Shown: positions 10,004 to 19,102 of the stretch, piece by piece
How the letters are laid out: each line of letters opens with the position of its first letter
How positions within the stretch are numbered: the stretch's first letter is position 1
Origin: an uncultured Selenomonadaceae bacterium
GTDB lineage: Bacteria; Bacillota; Negativicutes; Selenomonadales; Selenomonadaceae
Assembly (NCBI GenBank): GCA_905236725.1
Contig: CAJOCT010000001.1
Location: 9,646 to 73,645 of the forward strand
Length of the DNA stretch: 64,000 nt
Direction: 5' to 3'
The notes under the pieces: generated by a model
What the model saw: only the letters and a program-made list of their open reading frames with translations
Databases searched by the model: none
What the model was told of the DNA's origin: nothing
Program-made: the position numbers and the translations under genes

Positions 10004-11251
10004 ATGAAAAAATTTTATCCGTTGCGTCCGATTCAAAGAAAGTTAATCGACACGCACTTAAAAAAAGCAAAATCAACGATGATGAATGTCGGCGCGTTGA
10101 TGAAATTGCCGTCAGGCGTTGATATGGAGAGATTGGCGCGGGCTGTCAACGAAACTTTGCAGGCGCACGATATTTTTAAATGCCGACTGGAATTTCACCC
10201 CGAGACCGATGATCTTTGCCAGACTTTCGATTCGGAGCCGATTCATATTGAAGTCAAAAAAATTTCCGATGAAGAATTTTCCGAGCGCGTGAACCGGTTC
10301 AAAATGCCGTACAAAATTATCGGAAATCCGCTTTACAGAATCTATCTCTTTCAAACGCCGACCGCGAAATATTTTTACACGGATTTTTATCACGCAACGA
10401 TGGACGGAATGTCAAGCGCGATTCTTTTCGCGAAGGAACTTGATTTGCGTTATCGCGGCAGAAAACCGAAAAATATTTCTAAAGATTATTTACAGTACAT
10501 TTTGGAAGAGGCGAATTTGCCTAAAGAAGAACTCGACGAGGGTCATAAATTTTGGAAAGAACTTTTGTCGAATTTTGATGCGAAAAAAAATTTGCCGCCC
10601 GTCGATGTTGTCGGGAAAAAATCTTGGGCGAAAGGTACGCTGAAATTTACTTTTAAAAATATCGGCGAAGAATTTTTCAGAAAAAGCCGTCGCAGTGAAC
10701 AAACTTTTTTCCTTGCCGCGTCAATGCTCACGCTTGCGAAAATTTCCGGCGCAAAATATTCCGTGATGAATTTCATTCACAACGGCCGCAACGATTCTTC
10801 AGAATTGCGCTTGATGGGTCTTATGCTTGAAAAATATCCATGCGCTTGGAATTTCGACAAAGATATTTCCGTCGAAAATTTTTTGAATGAACTTGAGGGC
10901 GAAATTCGCAAAATAAAAAAATTCCGCAAAAGTCTTGATATTGTCTATGATGAGAGTTTGGCGGACGACTGCGCGACGTTCATTTTTCAAAAAGACATTA
11001 TCCGCGACCATGTGATGATTGGCGACAACACTGCGCAGATTATCGATATGCCGCCGAATGAAATTTCCGCCGCAGAAAATTCTCTTGACATTGCAGTTTG
11101 GTCAACCGAGCGCGGGACTTACGATTTAATTTTGGATTTCGACGCGTCGAGATTTTCCGAAAACAATATGAAAAATTTCGCGGAGACGATGGATAAAATT
11201 ATTTTGAGCATGCGGGATGAAAAAATTTCTGTTTCGCAAATTTTGGGTTAA
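10004..11251 (+). CDS. Free-standing NRPS-type condensation (C) domain protein
   Basis: C1-like start YPLRPIQRKLI and the catalytic motif HxxxDG in FYHATMDGMS. About 415 aa, one C domain. Start moved to ATG 10004 (AGGGG SD). No A or T domain nearby. Confidence 0.7.
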   Translation: MKKFYPLRPIQRKLIDTHLKKAKSTMMNVGALMKLPSGVDMERLARAVNETLQAHDIFKCRLEFHPETDDLCQTFDSEPIHIEVKKISDEEFSERVNRFKMPYKIIGNPLYRIYLFQTPTAKYFYTDFYHATMDGMSSAILFAKELDLRYRGRKPKNISKDYLQYILEEANLPKEELDEGHKFWKELLSNFDAKKNLPPVDVVGKKSWAKGTLKFTFKNIGEEFFRKSRRSEQTFFLAASMLTLAKISGAKYSVMNFIHNGRNDSSELRLMGLMLEKYPCAWNFDKDISVENFLNELEGEIRKIKKFRKSLDIVYDESLADDCATFIFQKDIIRDHVMIGDNTAQIIDMPPNEISAAENSLDIAVWSTERGTYDLILDFDASRFSENNMKNFAETMDKIILSMRDEKISVSQILG

Positions 11252-11278
11252 AAAATTTTTTTGAAAGGTTGTTGAGAA

Positions 11279-12349
11279 TTGAAGAGGGAACTTATTCATT
11301 TAGAAAACGTTGTTAAAACTTTCGGCAGTCTGATGGTTTTGGACGAGATTGACTTGACCATTCACGAAAACGAATTTATGACTTTGCTGGGACCTTCGGG
11401 TTGCGGAAAAACGACTTTGCTCCGAATTATCGGCGGTTTCGAATCGCCGGACACGGGCAAAATTATTTTTGACGGCAAAGATATAACTCAAGTACCGCCG
11501 AATAAGAGACCGATTAACACCGTCTTTCAAAAGTATTCGCTCTTCTCTCACATGAATGTTGAAGAAAATATCGCTTTCGGACCGAAAATTAACGGCAAGT
11601 CTTCAGATTACATTCGCGATAAAATTAAATACGCGCTGAAACTTGTCAACCTCGACGGCTACGAAAAGCATGACGTTACAAAACTTTCCGGCGGTCAGCA
11701 ACAGAGAATTGCAATCGCCCGCGCCGTTGTCAACGAGCCGAAAGTTTTGCTCCTCGACGAGCCTTTGAGCGCGTTGGATTTAAAACTTCGCCGCGCAATG
11801 AGAAACGAACTTGTCAGAATAAATCGCGAGACGGGAATAACTTTTGTCTTCGTCACGCACGATCAAGAAGAAGCTCTTTCCATGTCCGATACCGTCGTTG
11901 TAATGAATCAGGGTTACATTCAACAGGTCGGCACGCCGGAAAATGTTTACAACGAGCCCGAAAATGCTTTTGTTGCAGATTTTATCGGCGACAGCAACAT
12001 TATTGACGGCGTTATGGTGCGCGATAAGTTGGTAAGAATTTTTGGCAGAGAATATCCCTGCGTCGATGTTGGTTTCCCCGAAGAATGCCCCGTCGATGTT
12101 CAAATTCGCCCGGAAGATATTACTCTTGACGTGCCGCAGGAAAATTCTTTAAACGGAACTGTGACCCGAGTCGGCTTTTGGGGAATGTCTTACGATATTA
12201 CGGTTGACACGGGAGATTTTGAATGGCTTGTGCAGTCGATTCACGGGCGCAAGGTCGGCGAGAAAGTCAGTTTGCATTTGGATCCCTACAATATTCAAAT
12301 TATGAAAAAGCCGCAATCCGAAGACGAGGCGGTTTCAAGGGAAATTTGA
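11279..12349 (+). CDS. potA: Spermidine/putrescine ABC transporter ATP-binding protein
   Basis: Walker A GPSGCGKTT, signature LSGGQQQR, Walker B LLLDEP, plus a PotA-type C-terminal TOBE-like region. TTG start. Confidence 0.88.
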   Translation: MKRELIHLENVVKTFGSLMVLDEIDLTIHENEFMTLLGPSGCGKTTLLRIIGGFESPDTGKIIFDGKDITQVPPNKRPINTVFQKYSLFSHMNVEENIAFGPKINGKSSDYIRDKIKYALKLVNLDGYEKHDVTKLSGGQQQRIAIARAVVNEPKVLLLDEPLSALDLKLRRAMRNELVRINRETGITFVFVTHDQEEALSMSDTVVVMNQGYIQQVGTPENVYNEPENAFVADFIGDSNIIDGVMVRDKLVRIFGREYPCVDVGFPEECPVDVQIRPEDITLDVPQENSLNGTVTRVGFWGMSYDITVDTGDFEWLVQSIHGRKVGEKVSLHLDPYNIQIMKKPQSEDEAVSREI

Positions 12350-12371
12350 AAAATTTTTTGGAGGGCGAAAA

Positions 12372-13199
12372 ATGTTCAGGACTATCGGGATAAGAAATTT
12401 ATTTCTTGCACCATTTTGTATTTGGGCAGGAATTTTTATTTTCGTGCCGCTGTTGTTTATGTTTTATTACGGACTTACAACGCCGGCGGGAAATTTCACA
12501 TTTGAAAATATTTTGATGATTTTTCAGACGGAATTTTTTTATTCGCTGAAAATGTCGGTTTTGTTGGCGTTTATAAGCACGGCAGTTTGTCTTTTATTGG
12601 CTTACCCGCTGTGCTTAATTTTGGTCGATCGTGCGAAAAGTGCGGGGGCGATTATAACGCTGCTTTTTATTTTGCCGCTGTGGATGAATTCACTTTTATC
12701 GACAATGGCTTGGCAAACGATTTTGGAGCGCGACGGGACTTTAAATCAAATTTTGAGATTGCTCTCCCTGCCCGACTTCACTTTGATAAATACGGCGACG
12801 GCGATAGTTATCGGAATGGTTTATAATTACCTGCCTTATATGGTTTTGCCGCTGTATGTCGCACTCACAAAAATCGACAAAAGTATTATCGAGGCGGCGA
12901 AAGATTTGGGCGCGAATACTTGGCAAACTTTCTACAAAATAATTTTGCCGTTGAGTTTGCCCGGCGCGGTCAGCGGAATCACGATGGTTTTTATTCCCGC
13001 GCTCACAACTTTTGCAATCAGCGCACTTTTGGGCGGCGGCAGAATTTTACTTATCGGCAACGTTATCGAACAAGAATTTACTTTTGAATACAACTGGAAT
13101 TTGGGCGCGGCTCTGTCAATCGTGCTGATGATTTTCATTGTAGTAAATATGGCGTTGACAGTCTTCTTTGAAAATTCTCATGAGGAGGAAAAAAATTGA
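12372..13199 (+). CDS. potB: Spermidine/putrescine ABC transporter permease
   Basis: Six-TM permease with an EAA-loop (IEAAKDLGANTWQTFYKIILPL). Operon position after potA. Confidence 0.85.
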   Translation: MFRTIGIRNLFLAPFCIWAGIFIFVPLLFMFYYGLTTPAGNFTFENILMIFQTEFFYSLKMSVLLAFISTAVCLLLAYPLCLILVDRAKSAGAIITLLFILPLWMNSLLSTMAWQTILERDGTLNQILRLLSLPDFTLINTATAIVIGMVYNYLPYMVLPLYVALTKIDKSIIEAAKDLGANTWQTFYKIILPLSLPGAVSGITMVFIPALTTFAISALLGGGRILLIGNVIEQEFTFEYNWNLGAALSIVLMIFIVVNMALTVFFENSHEEEKN

Positions 13200-13984
13200 T
13201 TTCAAGATTAAAAACAATTTATCTGGCGATAATTTTTCTCTTCCTCTACGCGCCGATCGGAGTTTTAATCGCGCAGTCATTCAACGAAAGTCGTTATCGC
13301 GGACATTGGACGGGATTTTCTTTAAAGTGGTATGAGTCACTTTTTCAGCAAGATAAAATTATCGACGCACTGCAAAATACAATTTCAATCGGAATTTTAT
13401 CGGCGATAATCTCAACAATTTTAGCTTTGATAACTTGTCTTGCACTTCGGGAGATCGGAAAAAATTTTCGCGCAATGTTTATGAGCGTGGCAAATATCCC
13501 GATTTTAAACGCGGACATCGTGACGGGAATTTCGCTGATGCTTTTGTTTATGGGAATGGGCTTGAAACTCGGTTACGGCTCAATTTTATTGGCGCACATA
13601 GTTTTCAACGTGCCGTATGTTATGCTCTGCATAATGCCGCAACTTATGGCGTTGGACAAAAGTTTTTATGAGGCGGCTCTGGACTTGGGCGCGTCACCTT
13701 TCAAAGCATTTACGAGCGTGGTTTTGCCGGAACTTCGCCCGAGTATCGTCGCGGGATTTTTATTGGCGTTCACGATGAGCGCGGACGACTTTATAATAAC
13801 TTACTTCACACGCGGCGCGGGAGTTCACACCTTGCCGACAGAAATTTACGCGGAGTTGAAACTTGGAATACATCCCGAAATGTACGCGCTTTCAACCTTA
13901 GTTTTCATAACCGTGTTAATTTTTGTAATCTTGTTCGCGATGAACAGAAAAAAATTATTGAATCAAAAGGAGGAGAATTTTTGA
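13196..13984 (+). CDS. potC: Spermidine/putrescine ABC transporter permease
   Basis: EAA-loop YEAALDLGASPFKAFTSVVLPEL. 4-nt overlap with potB. GAGGAGG SD with a TTG start. Confidence 0.85.
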   Translation: MISRLKTIYLAIIFLFLYAPIGVLIAQSFNESRYRGHWTGFSLKWYESLFQQDKIIDALQNTISIGILSAIISTILALITCLALREIGKNFRAMFMSVANIPILNADIVTGISLMLLFMGMGLKLGYGSILLAHIVFNVPYVMLCIMPQLMALDKSFYEAALDLGASPFKAFTSVVLPELRPSIVAGFLLAFTMSADDFIITYFTRGAGVHTLPTEIYAELKLGIHPEMYALSTLVFITVLIFVILFAMNRKKLLNQKEENF

Positions 13985-15060
13985 TGAAAGGCAAAAAACT
14001 TTTTAAGTTCGTGCTGTCAGTTTTATTGACTGCGGCTTTTTGTCTGAACTTGACGGGTTGCGGCAGTGATTCTTCAAAAAAAGAAAATTCGCTGTACGTT
14101 TACAGCTGGGGCGATTACATTGACCCGAAAGTTTTGGATATGTTCGAGAAAGAAACGGGCATTCACGTCATTCTTGACGAGTTCGACACAAATGAAAATA
14201 TGTATCCGCGAGTTTACGAAGGCGCGGTTCACTACGATATTATTTGCCCGTCGGACTATATGATTCAAAAAATGATTGCCAATAATCTTTTGCAGCCGCT
14301 GGATTTTGAAAAAATTCCCAACGCGAAAAAAAATATCGACGCGAAATTTTTTGAACAGTCGAAAGAGTTTGACCCCGAAAATAAATATTCCGTGCCGTAT
14401 TGCTGGGGAACTGTCGGCATAATGTACGATTCGACGGTTGTTGACGAACCTGTTGACAGCTGGAATATTTTGTGGAATGAAAAATATAAAGATAAAATTT
14501 TGATGCAGGATTCCGCGCGAGATTCCTTGATGATTCCGCTGAAACTTATGGGGCGTTCGATGAATGAGACCGATCAAAAATATCTTGAACAGGCCCGCGA
14601 CATGCTCATCAAACAAAAACCGCTCGTCCAGGCTTATGTTATCGACGAGGCGAAAGACAAATTGATTTCCGGTGAATCGACGATGGGCGTTATTTTCAGC
14701 GGTGAAGCGTTGATGATTTCCCTTGCCAATCCGAAGATGAAATTTTCCGTGCCGAAAGAAGGAACAAATTTCTGGATTGACAGCTGGGTTATCACGAAGG
14801 ACGCGGAAAATGTTGACAATGCACACAAATTTATAAATTTTATGTGCCGCCCGGATATTGCATTGATTAACTTCGATTTTCTCGGATATTCCACGCCGAT
14901 TGAGGCTCTCAAAGATATGGAGGAGAATGAGGAAATCAGAAATTCGCCAATCGCCTTCCCCGACCCCGAAGTCTATAAAAATCAGGAAACTTATAAATAT
15001 CTCGGCAACGAAATGGACAAAATTTATAATCGCCTGTGGATGCAGGTTAAAGTTGACTAA
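13981..15060 (+). CDS. potD: Spermidine/putrescine-binding lipoprotein
   Basis: Lipobox LTGC. PotD-typical LYVYSWGDYIDPKVLDMFEKETGI. Last gene of the pot operon. Confidence 0.85.
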   Translation: MMKGKKLFKFVLSVLLTAAFCLNLTGCGSDSSKKENSLYVYSWGDYIDPKVLDMFEKETGIHVILDEFDTNENMYPRVYEGAVHYDIICPSDYMIQKMIANNLLQPLDFEKIPNAKKNIDAKFFEQSKEFDPENKYSVPYCWGTVGIMYDSTVVDEPVDSWNILWNEKYKDKILMQDSARDSLMIPLKLMGRSMNETDQKYLEQARDMLIKQKPLVQAYVIDEAKDKLISGESTMGVIFSGEALMISLANPKMKFSVPKEGTNFWIDSWVITKDAENVDNAHKFINFMCRPDIALINFDFLGYSTPIEALKDMEENEEIRNSPIAFPDPEVYKNQETYKYLGNEMDKIYNRLWMQVKVD

Positions 15061-15082
15061 AATTTTTTGCTTAAATAAAAAA

Positions 15083-15130
15083 ACTGCGGTTAAAAATTCT
15101 TCATGAAAATTTAATCGCAGTTTTTTTTTT
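15083..15130. terminator. Bidirectional intrinsic terminator after potD
   Basis: Stem ACTGCGGTTAAA-N15-TTTAATCGCAGT (one wobble pair), with an A-run before and T10 after. Confidence 0.7.
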
Positions 15131-15154
15131 GCTCAGATTTCCGACAAAATTTTT

Positions 15155-15367
15155 TTATCTCCAGTAGGATTTAACGTCTTCCATAGACATTCCTCTGTCT
15201 TTTGCGGCGGACATATAAGCCATTTTTTTCAAGCCGGAAGAATAACGAATCCTTGAAGCCAAATCCCTGTCGCTCCAATATTCTGTTTCCGCCTTATATT
15301 CCTGCATTTCCGCGCCTTTTTCGTTAAGTGTTCTTACACCTGCATTGAGCAAATCCATGAATCCCAT
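15155..15367 (-). CDS. Hypothetical 70-aa protein
   Basis: ORF with AAAGGAAG SD 8 nt upstream. No recognisable motif. Downstream of the XRE regulator on the same strand. Confidence 0.45.
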   Translation of the reverse strand: MGFMDLLNAGVRTLNEKGAEMQEYKAETEYWSDRDLASRIRYSSGLKKMAYMSAAKDRGMSMEDVKSYWR

Positions 15368-15459
15368 ATAAAAATCTTCCTTTCAAAATTTTTTTAGCCT
15401 TTACTGACTTTAATTTAGCTGTGCCATAATCTCACCTCCTTAAAAAATTGAAAATTGCA

Positions 15460-15855
15460 CTATGAAATATTTTTATCGTCGTTCAAGTCGTCCACAATTT
15501 TATCGAGTTCGACCATTCCAGCAGTAATCTCTTTCATCTGCTCATACATCATTTTAATTTCTTCCATCTGCATGCGAATTTCATCTTTCTCAAATTCATC
15601 GGAATTTTCAAGATCAGTCAAATCGACCAGCGTGGAAAGTTTCACCTCAAGAGCGCGAGAAATTTTTATTAAAAGCGGCAAGGAAATGACTTTGTTCGAC
15701 GAACCGCTTTCAATTTGCGACAAATAATTTTTGTTAATGTGAATAATTCCCGCCAAATCCGCCTGCGTCATATTTTTCAGCTTGCGAAAATATGCGATTC
15801 TCATCCCAATATACAAAATTTCGCTCGTGCAATCCTCTGAAATATTTTTTTTCAT
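15460..15855 (-). CDS. XRE-family helix-turn-helix transcriptional regulator
   Basis: HTH_3 core RIAYFRKLKNMTQADLAGIIHINKNYLSQIESG. C-terminal predicted coiled coil. Start set to ATG 15855 (GAGG SD). Confidence 0.8.
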   Translation of the reverse strand: MKKNISEDCTSEILYIGMRIAYFRKLKNMTQADLAGIIHINKNYLSQIESGSSNKVISLPLLIKISRALEVKLSTLVDLTDLENSDEFEKDEIRMQMEEIKMMYEQMKEITAGMVELDKIVDDLNDDKNIS

Positions 15856-15992
15856 ATTCACCAACCTCACCGAAATTATAACATTGAAAAAATTTTTGCA
15901 CAGTGTATTTTCTTACCTGCGAGCTACACTTTTCAAAAAAAAATAGAGCCTGTAAAAAAAAAATTTTACAGACCTGAAGTTAAAAAGTTTTC

Positions 15993-16907
15993 TTATGTCA
16001 AAATTTTCGACAAAATTTTTTTCCCGCCGCGTTCAAGTAAGTTTTCGGCAAAACTTTTTCCGAAGTCTTCGAGATTTTTTATCGAATCAATTTTTTTATC
16101 TTCGACAAAATTTTTTCCGTCGACTGAAGAAATTATCGCCCGCGCAAAAATTTTTTCGTCCTTAACTTCCGCGAAAATTCCCGCAGGTATTTGACAACTG
16201 CCACCGATTTTTTTCAGAAAATCCCGCTCGACTTTCACCGCGAAAAAAGTTTTTTCGTCGTTCAAAAATTTTATCAGCTCGAAAGTTTTTAAATCGTCTT
16301 CGCGAATTTCCAAAGCCAACGCACCTTGACCCGCCGCAGGAATTATTTCCGGCAAAATTTTTTTTATCCGCGCAGAATATCCCAGTCGATTGAGTCCCGC
16401 CGCCGCCAAAATTATCGCGTCAAATTCTCCCGCGTCCAATTTTTTCAGTCGCGTTTCAACATTTCCGCGCAAATTTTTTATTTTCAAGTCGGGACGAATT
16501 TTTAAAATTTGCGCCGCTCTCCTCAAACTCGAAGTACCGACAACGGAATTTTTCGGCAATTCTTCAAGCGCGGAAAATTTTTCGCTGACAAATGCGTCGA
16601 AGGGATTTTCTCTTTCGGTTATCGCCGCAATTTTGAAACCTGCGGGCAATTCTGACGGCAAATCTTTCAGGCTGTGAACTGCCAAGTCGATTTTTTTTTC
16701 TGCCATTTGAATTTCAATTTCTTTCGTGAAAAGTCCTTTGCCGCCGATTTTTGCAAGCGGTGCATCCAAAATTTTGTCGCCCTTCGTCTGAATTTTTATT
16801 ATCTCGACTTCAAGCGCGGGAAATTTTTTTTTGAGTTCGTTCGCTACAAAATTCGTCTGCCAAAGTGCCAATCGACTGCCTCGCGTCCCGATTTTTATTT
16901 TTTCCAA
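15993..16907 (-). CDS. hemC: Hydroxymethylbilane synthase (porphobilinogen deaminase)
   Basis: KIGTRGSRLALWQT N-terminal signature, GNVETRLKKL, and the cofactor Cys in GGSCQIPAG. TTG start with GAAAGGAAG SD. Confidence 0.9.
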   Translation of the reverse strand: MEKIKIGTRGSRLALWQTNFVANELKKKFPALEVEIIKIQTKGDKILDAPLAKIGGKGLFTKEIEIQMAEKKIDLAVHSLKDLPSELPAGFKIAAITERENPFDAFVSEKFSALEELPKNSVVGTSSLRRAAQILKIRPDLKIKNLRGNVETRLKKLDAGEFDAIILAAAGLNRLGYSARIKKILPEIIPAAGQGALALEIREDDLKTFELIKFLNDEKTFFAVKVERDFLKKIGGSCQIPAGIFAEVKDEKIFARAIISSVDGKNFVEDKKIDSIKNLEDFGKSFAENLLERGGKKILSKILT

Positions 16908-16981
16908 AATTTTTTCTTCCTTTCAAAAAAAAAATTGACGGAAAAAAATTCTTCCGCCAAAAATTTCAAAAAATATTTTCA

Positions 16982-17797
16982 TTAAAATGCGGGAACAATC
17001 GCGCCTTTATATTTTTCTTCGATAAATTTTTTAACTTTCTCGGATTTAATTGTTTCAAGCAAAGTTTTTATTTCGGGGCGATTTTCGTCGCCGTCGCGAA
17101 CTGTAATTATATTGACGTAGGGCGAAGTTTTATCCTCAATGAAAAGCGCGTCTTTCATCGGATTTAAATCCGCATTCATTGCAAAATTCGTGTTGATAAT
17201 TGCCGCGTCAACGTCTTCAAGAGTTCTGGGAAGTTGCGCCGCTTCGACTTCTTGAATCACCAAATTTTTCGGATTTTCCGCAATATCTTGAACGGTCGCA
17301 GTCTCTTTTACTCCGTCTTTAAGTTTTAACAAATTCGCCTTTTCAAGCAAAAGAAGTGCGCGGCCTCCGTTTGTCGGATCATTCGGAATTGCAATTTGTG
17401 CGCCGTCGGTAATTTCATCAAGTTTTTTAATTTTTTTTGAATAAATTCCCATCGGCTCGATATGAACGCCGCCCGCGTTTTTAAGTTTCATTTCCTTGTG
17501 TTCTTTAACAAAATCATTCAAATAAGGCTCGTGCTGGAAAAAATTCGCGTCAAGTTCTTTGTCGTTGAGCGCGATATTAGGCTGAACATAATCGTTAAAC
17601 TCGACAATTTCAAGAGAAATTCCCTTTTCTTTCAAATCGGGTTTAATTTCCGTCAAAATTTCCGAATGAGGGACGGGAGTCGCGCCGATTTTAATCGTTG
17701 CGTTCATTTTTTCCGCTCCGCCGTTACCTCCGCCGCCGCAACCTGTAATGAGCAAAGTCGCCGCCAAACTCAATACGGCAAAAATTTTTTTCTTCAT
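16982..17797 (-). CDS. metQ: Methionine ABC transporter substrate-binding lipoprotein (NlpA/MetQ family)
   Basis: Lipobox LITGCGGG. MetQ-like IKIGATPVPHSEIL...FFQHEPYL. Confidence 0.8.
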   Translation of the reverse strand: MKKKIFAVLSLAATLLITGCGGGGNGGAEKMNATIKIGATPVPHSEILTEIKPDLKEKGISLEIVEFNDYVQPNIALNDKELDANFFQHEPYLNDFVKEHKEMKLKNAGGVHIEPMGIYSKKIKKLDEITDGAQIAIPNDPTNGGRALLLLEKANLLKLKDGVKETATVQDIAENPKNLVIQEVEAAQLPRTLEDVDAAIINTNFAMNADLNPMKDALFIEDKTSPYVNIITVRDGDENRPEIKTLLETIKSEKVKKFIEEKYKGAIVPAF

Positions 17798-17931
17798 TGA
17801 GAAAAACCTCCTTAAAAAATTCGTGCTGAATTATACATTGAATTTAAATTTTTTTGAAGTCTTGCAGAAAAAATTTTTATTCGCCGCAGAAAAAAATTGA
17901 AAAAATTGTCAAAAAATTTTTAAATTAGTTA

Positions 17932-17961
17932 TTGCAACTTTTATGTAAAATGTGCTAAAAT
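17932..17961 (+). promoter_or_regulatory. Putative promoter of fba
   Basis: TTGCAA (17932-17937), 18-nt spacer ending TGC, then TAAAAT (17956-17961), an extended -10. Confidence 0.5.
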
Positions 17962-18031
17962 AACCGCACAGATGAGATGGGATTTTAAAAAAATTCCAAG
18001 ATTTTTTGAAGGTTTTTAGGAGGTAATGCAA

Positions 18032-19030
18032 ATGCCATTGGTCGGAACAAAAGAAATGTTTAAAAAGGCTCATGAAGGCGGATTCGCTATCGGTGCGTTC
18101 AACGTAAACAACATGGAAATCGTTCAGGGTATCACGGGTGCGGCAGCCGAACTCAATTCCCCGGTTATTCTTCAGTGTTCTGCAGGTGCAAGAAAATACG
18201 CCAACTCCCGCTATCTCGTTCACCTCGTTCGCGCGGCTCTCGAAGTCAATGATATTCCTATCGCCCTGCATTTGGATCACGGTCCGGATTACGCAACTTG
18301 CAAATCTTGCATTGACGACGGTTTTACCTCCGTTATGTTTGACGGCTCGCATTATTCTTTTGAAGAAAACATTGCGAAGACAAAAGAAGTCGTCGAATAT
18401 GCGCATTCCAAAGGCGTAGTTGTCGAGGCGGAACTTGGTCAGCTCGCAGGCGTTGAAGATGACGTCAGTGTTGACGCGGACAAAGCTCACTACACCAGAC
18501 CTGAAGAAGTCGTTGAGTTTGTTTCCAAGACCGGTTGCGACTCCCTCGCGATTGCTATCGGCACTTCTCATGGCGCATTTAAATTCACCCCCGAACAGTG
18601 CACGCGCAATCCCGAAACAGGCGTTCTTGAGCCGCCTGAACTGCGTTTCGACATTCTCGCCGAAATCGAAAAACAAATTCCGGGCTTCCCGATCGTTCTT
18701 CACGGTGCATCTTCGGTTATTCCGAAATACGTTAAAATTATTAACGATAACGGTGGCAAACTTAAGGACGCTGTCGGAATTCCGGAAAATCAGCTTCGTA
18801 AAGCGGCAAAATCCGCAGTCTGCAAAATTAATATTGACTCCGATCTCCGCCTTGCAATGACGGCAGGTATTCGCGAACATTTCATGGCTCACCCCGAACA
18901 CTTTGATCCGCGCCAGTACATTGCTCCCGGTCGCGATTACATCAAAGAACTCGTCAGCCACAAAATCCGCGAAGTTCTCGGCTCCGAAAATACTGCGGCT
19001 GCGATTATGGAACTCGTCAACGCAAAATAA
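18032..19030 (+). CDS. fba: Class II fructose-1,6-bisphosphate aldolase
   Basis: MPLVGTKEMFKKAHEGGFAIGAFNVNNME..., LHLDHG, GTSHGAFKF. AGGAGG sits 8 nt before ATG 18032; ORF-track ATG 18026 is too close to the SD. Confidence 0.9.
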   Translation: MPLVGTKEMFKKAHEGGFAIGAFNVNNMEIVQGITGAAAELNSPVILQCSAGARKYANSRYLVHLVRAALEVNDIPIALHLDHGPDYATCKSCIDDGFTSVMFDGSHYSFEENIAKTKEVVEYAHSKGVVVEAELGQLAGVEDDVSVDADKAHYTRPEEVVEFVSKTGCDSLAIAIGTSHGAFKFTPEQCTRNPETGVLEPPELRFDILAEIEKQIPGFPIVLHGASSVIPKYVKIINDNGGKLKDAVGIPENQLRKAAKSAVCKINIDSDLRLAMTAGIREHFMAHPEHFDPRQYIAPGRDYIKELVSHKIREVLGSENTAAAIMELVNAK

Positions 19031-19060
19031 TTTTGAACATTTTCTGTCCGACATAAAAAA

Positions 19061-19096
19061 TACTCCGTCGAATTTTTTCGGCGGAGTATTTTTTTG
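19061..19096. terminator. Bidirectional intrinsic terminator (fba / GT2)
   Basis: Stem TACTCCGTCG-N8-CGGCGGAGTA, flanked by an A-run and a T-run. Confidence 0.7.
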
Positions 19097-19102
19097 TTTA
19101 AC

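Noticed and set aside
14074-14826. 250-aa minus-strand ORF inside potD
   Set aside because: Antisense to a well-supported PotD gene, with low-complexity F/R/N-rich translation.
15945-15975. Hairpin CTGTAAAA-N-TTTTACAG between hemC and the XRE gene as a terminator
   Set aside because: The stem is AT-only, and the T-tract on the relevant strand is separated from the stem. The evidence is too weak to list as a feature.
17798-17930. SAM (S-box) or T-box riboswitch controlling metQ, and likewise upstream of metN (63415-63450)
   Set aside because: The leaders are AT-rich or too short. They lack the conserved S-box/T-box helices and specifier features that I can recognise by eye.
17909-19054. 381-aa ORF on the minus strand covering the whole fba locus
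   Set aside because: It is exactly antisense to an unmistakable class II aldolase. Its translation is Phe/Asn/Arg/Cys-rich with no motifs, and it has no SD. It is an artefact of the A/T-tract composition.
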